A stretch of DNA of 20,000 nucleotides, from NCBI RefSeq assembly GCF_000485595.1, contig NW_014577087.1:632648-652647 (forward strand), in the 5' to 3' direction. Under the pieces are notes generated by a model. That model was given only the letters and a program-made list of their open reading frames with translations, did not search any database and was not told where the DNA came from. Shown in pieces: positions 11,401-20,000 of the stretch (within the stretch, counting starts at the first letter, position 1; every line of letters begins with the position of its first letter). The DNA is from Priapulus caudatus. Taxonomy: Eukaryota. A program made the position numbers and the translations under genes.

Positions 11401-12500
11401 ATACCTGGATAGGCGCACTGTCGTTCACGTATTGTGACGCGGATGATACATCATCTAAATGTGCGTTCGCCGCCGTGCCGTACGTGGGCATTAGGTGCTT
11501 GAGTGACGTGATTTTGCAGCGGGTATTCGTTGTCACTGGTTTTTTGGATCTCCGGAACCATGTAGCCAATCAGGAATCGATCGTTGAATATATTGCGATG
11601 GTCTCGTGGATGGTCAATGACGGGTATGCGGCGGTGCGGCAATGTCGTCCTCTCGTGCAGATGTACGTGATAAATTATTTAGGCTTAGGTGGTTGCGTAT
11701 GTGTTTTGATTGGTATAACTATTACATTGACGCATTCGCCTTGGATAGATGAAGGGTAATCTTCCAGGGCAATGTTCAGGAGCCCTGGGGCCAAGTGGCG
11801 TACGAGGCATTTTGGTGCGAAGCGGGGTGTTAGGAGCAGCGCGAGAGGCGGGCGGGGGTGCTGGAGAGCTTTCATCGCCAGAATTTTTTTGAATTAGAGA
11901 ATCCTCAGAATTGCGTTTTTCTGCGCGAGCTATTGGGGGGTCCGGAACGCCCCCTGGCCCCCATCCTGTACCGCCCTGGCAAGCCTGTGACTCTGCTACT
12001 GTGGCATGCGATGGGTGCACTGCACGGCGTGGGGTCCCGGCGGCGGTAGATCATGATTTAATCAAGCTGCGTACGCAATATTTGCGTCGCGTAAATTTGT
12101 GTGGGTACGCATGACGTTTGCTTAGTTGGACGATTCTCAACACAGTATTTAGGTAAATTTCGTCGCGATTTCGCCAGCATACGCAAGCGAACACGTTTTA
12201 GGTTCGAATTTATCAGTAAAATTTAGCGTAACTGATTGGTTAGGAAGTTGTGTATGCTGTTCAGAAGGAGAGCAGCAGGTTGTAAGTCTGTGACTGGTGT
12301 GTGTGCCATTGCTGTGTGACGGAGGAGAGCGATAGAAGAGAGAGAGAAGGGGGAGCGAGGGATGGAGGAGGAGAGAGAAGGAAGAGAGGATGAAGATGAA
12401 GAGAGAGGAGACGGAGAGGAGAGAGGAGGAGCGAGGAGGAGGGGAGAGAGAGAGGAGGGCTGAGAGAATTGAAAAGAGAGAGGAGGAGAGGCGGCGCGAG
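8410..12500 (+). repeat. Copy B of ~4-kb block (indel-rich, probably raw long-read gap fill)
   Basis: Colinear with 4410-8400 at an offset of ~4.0-4.1 kb. Differences are mostly scattered 1-bp insertions/deletions, and microsatellites are scrambled. Confidence 0.9.
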
Positions 12501-13898
12501 CAGAACGAGAGAGAGAGAAGAGGATGAGACCGAGGGGATGAGACGAGAGAGAGAAGAGAGAGAGCGCTGAGGCAACAGGAGAGATGTGTGGTTGCGCGCG
12601 CGCGGCGCGCTGCGTAGCGGAGAACATGAGAATGCTGTGTTGTGTGTTGTGAGAGGAGGAGATATCGAGAGAGAGAGGAGGGAGTAGAGAGATGAGAGGG
12701 AGAGAGATTGAGAGAGAGGAGAGGAGAGAAGAGATGAGCGAGCAGAAGAGAGAAGAGAGAGGGCTGTTATCGTGATTGTTGCATGTGCTGTGCTGTGTGC
12801 CTGTGCTGTGCTGTGCTGTGCTGGTGTGACCGTGTGTCGTGTTGTGTGTGTGTGTGTGTGGTGGCGTGCGGTGCGTTTGCGTGGCGTGGTGTGTGTGCGG
12901 TTGCGTTGAGGAGAGGAGATGTGTGGTGTTTTGTGTTGTGTGATGTGTGGTCTTTTGTTTTAGCTGAATGCAAGTACTTATTATATACGTACCGTACAGG
13001 CGAGTCGACAACGTGCATTTAGCGTACCTAGATATTATAAAAAGCTGCGTTCTGATAGCTAGAGTTAGATGCTATTACATCGAATGTGAATGAAATTTCT
13101 GAATCTCACGATTGCGTAACAAACTCAGTCTACTGAAATAATATGGGTTTTACGTGGCCATCATTTCTGTCAATTTACGGTTGCCGAGCTGTGTGGCAGC
13201 TCTATTGATACCTGTAGCACTAAACCACGCTTTGATAAACGCTGTCTGGTAAATCGGGGAGTGCTTTACCTTTTCTTCTTCTTCTTTCTTTTTTTTCTCT
13301 TTTTTTTGATCTCAGGGGGGAGTATTTGTGAGGCATCCACGTCTTCAAGGCAGGGGGGATGATCCCCTTCCCTGGAGATTTACGCATGTTAGTAACTTGC
13401 GGTAGCGCTGGACTGGGCGGAGCGGGGGAGCGGGGTGCTCCCGAGTTGGCGAGAATTCCCCTTTGAGTTTTGAACGAAAAATGAATAACGGTGGGGATAC
13501 CGCAGTTTTTCTTGACTTTTTTCTGTTATTAGATCATATTTTTACTTGTGTTGTTTATTGAGATCATCATGATTTTTGTCAGTAAGAAAAATTTGTTAAC
13601 GAGAATATAGGCGCCTTCTGTTCTCTCTCCCTTTTTTTCCCTTTTTTCTCTTCTAAAACCACTCTCTCTCTCTCTTCTTTCTCTCTCTCTCTCTCTCTCT
13701 CCCTTTTCGTCCTTACTTTCTTTTTTTATGTTTTGTTTGCGCAGGGCAGGGGGGTGATTTAAATCCAAACACTGCCACTGCGTACGCCACTGCTGCGGGC
13801 GCTTTCGCTGTGAGTTTTATTATTTCTTATTATACATTGTATCTTTCCGCGTGTCTAGACATCGCTCTGTAATTCTCATGCATTAGCAGGCTCTCCTC

Positions 13899-13939
<41 letters not shown>

Positions 13940-14004
13940 ATACTCTTCTCTTTCTCTTCTTCTCTCTCTCTCTCTTTCTCTTCTTCTTCTCTCGTATATC
14001 GAGG

Positions 14005-14029
14005 NNNNNNNNNNNNNNNNNNNNNNNNN
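14005..14029. other. Assembly gap (25 N)
   Basis: Run of exactly 25 N with redundant sequence on either side. Confidence 1.
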
Positions 14030-14301
14030 TGAGTACGAGTGCGGGCGGCGGGTCGTTCCAGGCGCGGCGCGGCGCGCGGGCGGCTGGCGGGTACGCGGTC
14101 GGTGGTGAGGAGAGGGAGGACGAGGACGCTGTGTGGGTCTGCGGGTTCTACCGGGATTGGGCTGTGCTTTGTGCTGTGCGGTGTATGTGTGATGGTTTGC
14201 CTGTGTGCTGTGTGTGTCGTCGTGTCGTGATGTGTGGTGTGTGTGTGTGTGTGTGTGGTTGGTGCGTTGTGTGCGTGCATGCGTGCGTGTGTGTGCCGTG
14301 C

Positions 14302-14350
<49 letters not shown>

Positions 14351-14385
14351 GTCGTGCGTGTGTTGTGGCTGGTCGCCGGATCCTT

Positions 14386-14565
14386 TGTGGTTTGTCTTAG
14401 TGAATCAATAGTAGCTTATCAATATTAGTACAACTACAGACAGTCGACAAACGTGGCATGAGGCCTAGCACTAGCTATATATAGAAACCTGCGTTTGATA
14501 GCTTAGAGTAGAGCAGTAAATCGGCGTCTGAAATTTCTGTAATCTCACGATGTAAACAAACTCAC
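14386..14565 (+). repeat. Second noisy copy of 12945-13128
   Basis: TGAAATTTCTG..AATCTCACGAT..AACAAACTCA at 13091-13127 and 14529-14564; AGTCGACAA(A)CGTG in both copies. Both are preceded by GT/GA microsatellite. Confidence 0.85.
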
Positions 14566-15530
14566 ACTCTCATCATTATATATATATATATATATATATA
14601 TACGTCTGTCTAACTTTTTCTCTGTTACTCTCTTTCTATATCCTTCTCCGAAAAACATATAAGTATAATACATTTCCATTTATACGAATTAGATCAACAA
14701 CGCTGCTGCTTCTTTTGTTGACATGCTGTTTTTAAATTTGTGACTATATATATCATTCTAAATCATAGTCTTTTTCGTGTAATTGGCGAGGATCTATGCG
14801 GCTTATGTGGGCGGCGGTCACCTTACATGTTTTATTAGCTTTAACTTTGTATATGTTGAATAAAACCTTATACTCCATCTAATTTTATCTACTTATAAAC
14901 TGGCGAAATTAGACGAATCTGTACAAAAAAATAAAAGTAAATATTGACATATATTTTTTGAAGCAAACTTAAGCTTGCACAGAGCATGTGTTTCTTAATT
15001 ATATTTACATCAAGAAAAATATATTCTGTTGAGAGACACTTGGAGATATTTTGAAGTGATATGTTTCAAGGAGTATCTCGTATTTCTTGCATAGATTTTT
15101 AGAAAGTGACAAGTTTTCTTGAGATTTCGTTTCATAATATTACAATCGAATCTCATTAGGGCGTCTCCCATGGGTAACCTATTCGTACATTTTACATTTT
15201 ATAATAATATAACATAATCTGTATAGGGACTAAATAGATATCTATGTCTGCGAGGGATTGTCGCCAATCCGTATAGTAATGCCGCCTTTGTAGATACGTC
15301 ACCGTGAAAGGGGGCAGAGCGAATCGAGCCGGTGATAATGAGTAGCAGAGACAACAACAATGGCGATTACTACACAAATAATCGAACCACCGTTTCCACG
15401 CGTGAAATATATGCATATGTATCTTGCCCTTCGCGCACGAGCCATTGCAAACCGCTCCTACAGTATGCCGGGTTAGATAATCACGCTATATCTGCCAGTT
15501 AGAGATAGAAATTCACCGCGATAAACTTAC

Positions 15531-16200
15531 GTTTTTGATAAAAATGCTGTTGTTCTTCAGATGTGCGTCTACGGGTAGAGCTGCTTGCGTTTTTCCATGT
15601 TGCTATCGCATCGCTGGCGTCGCCGACGCATATCGTTTTAGTACACTTATAGCACTGTTCGCGTGCACGCATGGAGCGAATAACGAGAGGTGCGAGTGTT
15701 TATCTTTTCGCTGCGCATCCGCCGGCCATTGCCGCTACTGTTGTCACCTCGCGTCGAGCGCATCGCGCCATTATCTGTCGCACACCAGCACGCACCTGCG
15801 CAATTAACGTGATTACCGGTGACGGTTTCTTCCGCGACTAATTAACCATTGTGCCGCCGCGTGCGTAACGCGAGACGACGCGCGGTGTTAAATATACGGA
15901 TTTCGACGTCGAGAGTAAAACTAACAGACGGTGCGATCCGTCGTCCATCCGCGTTGCCGGCTGTGCTCGACGATACCTCGTCAATCGCCCGCTAGCAGCA
16001 CTGCGGTCTTTGCCAGAACAGGACAGCAAATTTGTCGTCCACGTGACGCTACGTCACTTCGGCGTTTCCATGGCAATGCGCAAGTTAGCATCACTCCGAT
16101 AACGTGCTATTAAGCCAGGTAGACGTCAATACGATTAGTTTTCATTTAGCTTACTATCCAGTCGGGGGGATGGCGGTGGACGCGATCGCGGTGCGGTATA
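15531..16200. promoter_or_regulatory. CpG-rich promoter-like region with X-box, E-box and CRE half-sites
   Basis: Dense CpG/GC in clean unique sequence. CACGTG at 16040-16045; inverted GTGACG/CGTCAC at 16043-16057; X-box-like GTTTCCATGGCAAT at 16064-16077; perfect minus-strand donor GTAAGT at 15530-15525. Confidence 0.4.
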
Positions 16201-16270
16201 CTGAGGTAGTAATAAATACACGTTTGTCAGCTGCAGAAATAATTGGTTTTGCGCCGCGATGCTGAATACG

Positions 16271-16305
16271 CCCCCCCCCCACACACACGCACGCACACGC
16301 ACGCA

Positions 16306-16337
<32 letters not shown>

Positions 16338-16475
16338 CACACTAACCGCGCGCGAACACACACACACACACCCACATACGCTCAAACGCACACAAACATG
16401 CACACACGCACTCACGCACACGCACGCACGCACCCCCCCCCACACATACGTACGTACACACACAAACACGCGCAA
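16271..16475. repeat. (GCAC)n/(CA)n microsatellite
   Basis: Direct inspection. Confidence 0.9.
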
Positions 16476-17038
16476 TAAAATAATTGCACGTGTAATTACA
16501 CGCGCTTGTAAGTGGACAGACCCCTTCCTATTAAAATTGAATCCGTGGCATCAAAAAATATACATTTGTTCGAACACGAAAAATAACTAATGTATACCAT
16601 AGTTGGTAAGTCGAACTTGTCGCAGTGAAGTAAGGAGTATGCATTTTCACAGAAATCAATCATGTCTTGAATTGCTCGATATCTCCCCTGTACAATGAAC
16701 ACATGAATGCAGCACGAGTGCGGGCGATTAAACGTAATACATAATATTCCACGTAATAGAGGTCACAGTGAACAGTGAAAGTGTGACCGTAAAGTAAAAA
16801 ACGCCGTGTAATACCTTCATCATATCCGTACACGTTCGACCATAAAACGTCATGTGTTTGGTTAAGCATACGTAACTATTGCTGCAAAAAGGAGCAAGGA
16901 TAATTGACAAAATAATCACAGGCAACGACAAACGTGCCAAATTATGTAGTTGATGAATCATGTGGCTGCTAGAGAGTATATACGTGAAGAGTGTCTACAT
17001 GGTAAATACTAGAGCACGTATATATAATATTTATGCAG

Positions 17039-17067
17039 GCACGCACGCACGCACACACACACACGCA

Positions 17068-17099
<32 letters not shown>

Positions 17100-17115
17100 T
17101 ACACACACACACACA

Positions 17116-17201
<86 letters not shown>

Positions 17202-17236
17202 ACACGCACACACACACACGCACGCACGCGCGCGCA
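17039..17236. repeat. (GCAC)n/(CA)n microsatellite
   Basis: Direct inspection. Confidence 0.95.
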
Positions 17237-17653
17237 TATATGTCAGGTTAGTCTTTGTCGTATCGACGTGACAACTCCAGTACCTATTTTTATTGCTCAT
17301 GCAAATAATGCGCGCGGGTGTGATTGCCCAACGTCATCGCCGACGTGACGTGTCGCGCTAATTTAATGATCGCATCTCTATCACAGCCTTCACCAATCCC
17401 CTCACCTATCCACACCTCGGCCAATAAACACTAAAATTCCAACATGTTCTGCTTGCATCTATGACAGATACGACATACGCATATACGTTCTCCTATGACA
17501 CTATTTGTTATAGGAAGATTCTTCCTATGGTAAATATTGGCGAGTCAACTGCGTTCCGCTTTACAGCTGAAATTCACTGCTTGCGTTCATAATCGCGCTC
17601 CCAAACTCGTGAGAATAAATAACACGTGTGTTGCGTAGAAACGTTATTAACTT

Positions 17654-17670
17654 CTACTAGATGGCAGCAC
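17654..17670 (+). promoter_or_regulatory. CTCF-like motif
   Basis: CTACTAGATGGCAGCAC closely matches the CTCF core CCASYAGRKGGCRS (one mismatch), about 300 bp upstream of U3. Confidence 0.4.
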
Positions 17671-17892
17671 GGTACAGAAGGCTTATTTGCAAAGCATGGC
17701 TAAGTGATTAGTGAATCTGCGTGGAGTTTAGGCCTAAATTGTTAAATTTACACTTGTTAAATAATCTAAATTGTTAAATAAATTAACTTGTTATAATTTG
17801 GAAACGTATATTCATTTACTGTTAGAAAGTTCACAACTATCCATTATTTTTATTTTATTTCTACGCGTACGTATGTAATCAAGGAAACTCTT

Positions 17893-17915
17893 CTCCCACC
17901 ACAAATAAGTTTAGG
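17893..17915 (+). promoter_or_regulatory. Candidate snRNA-type proximal sequence element (PSE) of the U3 gene
   Basis: CTCCCACCACAAATAAGTTTAGG lies at about -63 to -41 from the U3 start, the canonical PSE position, and resembles the TCACCNTNA PSE core. Species-specific PSE consensus not verifiable here. Confidence 0.5.
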
Positions 17916-17955
17916 ATCCCATGGTACAATAAGTGAGAAGAACCAACGAAAAATT

Positions 17956-18175
17956 AAGACCATACTTTTAAGGATCATTTCTAAAGTATGTGTTGCGAAA
18001 GGTTCACACAAAAGTGACCAATTAGCTAAACCATGATGAGGAGACAGAGCGATCTCTTTTGAGCGTGAAGCCGGTTTTGGTTGTCGATGCCCCATTGACT
18101 TGACCTTAACCATTGATGATCGTTCCAACCCTCTCATTGTAGAGGGATGGAGGAGGAGATCGCATTCTGAGTGGT
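17956..18175 (+). ncRNA. U3: U3 small nucleolar RNA (box C/D, pre-rRNA processing)
   Basis: The 5' end AAGACCATACTTTTAAGGATCATTTCTAAAGT resembles the metazoan U3 5' end as I recall it (GAC box, box A', box A). Box C' ATGATGA is at 18033-18039, box B GAGCGTGAAGCCGG at 18061-18074, box C in CCATTGATGATCGTTC (TGATGA 18114-18119) and box D CTGA at 18167-18170 followed by GTGGT. Terminal stem AAACCA (18028-18033) pairs with TGGTTT (18172-18177), and there is an internal hairpin CCAACCCTCT/AGAGGGATGG. The length of ~220 nt is typical. Confidence 0.96.
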
Positions 18176-18335
18176 TTAGCTTTTTTAAACAAAAAAACCA
18201 TTAACTAAATAACATTTTTTTCGAAGATGATTTGAATCTTATGATACTAAACGGATGCTCTGTGTTGTTTGGGGCTTAATGTGTTGGGAAAAATGGGTTA
18301 CGCGACAGAAATCCATGTGGAGGCACTACAACGAC

Positions 18336-18454
18336 CATAGAAATATATAGAGATCAAGAGCTCATATAAGAGAGAGATACATATGTATAGATATGTATAG
18401 ATGTATCTCTTGATACATACAATACGTATATTGTCTATCTATATTATTTCTATG
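18336..18454. mobile_element. Palindromic MITE, P-element-like termini, 8-bp TSD
   Basis: Left end CATAGAAATATATAGA; right end TCTATATTATTTCTATG (reverse complement CATAGAAATAATATAGA). Flanked by ACAACGAC (18328-18335) and ACAACGAT (18455-18462). Length 119 bp. Confidence 0.8.
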
Positions 18455-18834
18455 ACAACGATACAAGAATCACGGAGATCTACGGGGGTGGGAACCAGTT
18501 AGATTCAGTCACAGCCTGTAACATAGTGGAGCAATATCGGCATTGGAGTATGAACACGGTAGAATAGTCACACCACATACGTAGGTAATTTCAAAGGTGA
18601 TTGAAGTGTGGGTTACTAAGAAATTTTTCGCTAAAGATTGTCTACGGCATCAAAGTCCAAAGGTACAGCTTTATGCTGCCCTGTATTTTTTTTATTTACG
18701 TAAAACTGTAACTGTACATAATAACAATACAACGCAATGATAAAATAAAAACCAATAAATACAACGCAATAATAAGGAGTAATGTGGCGAGGATCACAAT
18801 GTATATAAGTGTGCTTGTCATACATTTTGTCATA

Positions 18835-19052
18835 CATATATATAGATATATATAGATATATATATCCTAGGTAGTTATAAATTATAATAATTATAATATT
18901 ATAATAATAATAATTAATATAATATAATAATAATAATAATTATAATAATAATAATTGTTATAATAATTTTAAATTCATTGTAACAGTATATGTATATAAT
19001 TATGGATAATTACCTGAATAAGTAAATAAAAATAAAAATAAAATAAAATAAA
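18835..19052. repeat. AT-rich low-complexity tract: (TA)n, (TAA)n, (AATAA)n
   Basis: Direct inspection. Confidence 0.9.
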
Positions 19053-20000
19053 TGTATAAACACATGTAATCATTATTGCGATATAAATGTCGATTAGGGG
19101 CTGGTATAATTATGTTGTCAGGAGCTGGTAGACTGGTATATACATTTATTTACAACATACATGATACAACATACAACATCAATCATACAATGTACATTGT
19201 TCTCAGTCATGGACACGGAGGTCAACGTACATCCGGGCTTTTTATCGTCAACATACAGGGACTGGACTGCCACCTGTGTTGGGCGTGCATGGCTGAGCAT
19301 AATTTATACTATTACTAGACCGATAAACAAGAATCTAAACTAAAATCTTTACATCGTCTCATGCGCCCATTACATGCGGCGGTCGCTGGTTAGCGAGCAG
19401 CCGTAGCGCCACTCCGCCTTGTATCTAAATATAGACATTAGCAGCATGGTTATAGACTGACCACACGTCGTGTAGCAAGTTCTAACGGCGACGGGTCGAA
19501 AAGCTTCACGTATATCTAAACCGAGAATGTAAACTGATCACAGACTGTTCTAGAGTTGTACCCAAAATAGTGTTGTCGTTTCACGTGGTTCTTTGTCGTG
19601 TTTCTGATCTCTGACTGCCTCCGAATCGGAATTGAACTAAGACCGATAATTTGTAAGTTTTATTATGAATATTAGCCATTGACCACGTAAACATGATGTA
19701 CTACTACTAGTAGTTTTGAATTAGTACTAGTTCAGCGGTTATAACTTTAATATAGTTATACTTATGCTTAAGTTATACTTATACTTATACTTATAGTACA
19801 TATATGCATGATCATGATGCACTCAGTGACTCACTGAGTAACGCTCAAGGGGTCGTTGTCGTAACAGGTACTACAGATATGTACCGGAGGTACATATATG
19901 TGTATACACAAAGTGTACCAGACTTGTACTACAGAAGGGCGCAAATCCACTTTAGGCACCTTATGTATCACGAAGTGATGCACAGATTTCTGTGTATCAT

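Larger units (their letters stand above)
7695..13792. mobile_element. Non-autonomous DNA transposon (hAT/Tip100-like termini); apparent length inflated by the duplicated block, true length probably ~2 kb
   Basis: CAGTGGCGTACGCAG at 7695-7709 and its exact reverse complement CTGCGTACGCCACTG at 13778-13792. Direct repeat CTGCGGG immediately outside both ends (7688-7694, 13793-13799). A noisy second copy of the left end starts at ~11792. Confidence 0.65.

Noticed and set aside
16943..16962. TTGATGAATCATG as the partner TIR of the 7922-8120 element
   Set aside because: A 13-bp match only; no terminal CCCC, no subterminal repeats and no TSD.
1060..17300. Many ORFs with HT/RA/CV/ER/LS/IY dipeptide runs or X runs
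   Set aside because: They are translations of microsatellites and N gaps, open in multiple frames on both strands, with no protein-like content.
17850..18137. 95-aa minus-strand ORF (MRGLERSS...)
   Set aside because: Antisense to the U3 snoRNA; no recognisable domain; explained by the RNA gene.
19821..19839. Perfect palindrome ACTCAGTGA-C-TCACTGAGT containing the AP-1 site TGACTCA
   Set aside because: Lies in a low-complexity area of short tandem and palindromic motifs (TTATAC, TACTAG); no further support.

Overview
This is a non-coding, repeat-rich stretch of eukaryotic (animal-like) draft assembly with abundant CpG. No protein-coding gene can be supported; most ORFs in the track are translated microsatellites or run across N gaps. 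The one confidently identified gene is an apparently intact U3 snoRNA (+ strand, ~17956-18175) with all conserved boxes and a PSE-like element upstream. About 4 kb (~4410-8400) recurs immediately as an indel-riddled copy (~8410-12500), and a shorter block recurs across a 25-N gap. This most likely reflects long-read gap-fill redundancy rather than biology, although the second copy reveals the sequence hidden in the 6808-7176 gap. Non-autonomous DNA-transposon-like elements are common: a P-like palindromic MITE with TSD, a hAT/Tip100-like element with exact 15-bp TIRs and a CTGCGGG TSD, and Harbinger-like ends. There is also an inverted-repeat unit enclosing a tRNA-like Pol III cassette plus TTAGGG repeats. 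A CpG-rich promoter-like region with an RFX X-box lies at ~15530-16200. I see no convincing novel multi-gene system; the most unusual biological candidate is the 1825-2151 element.
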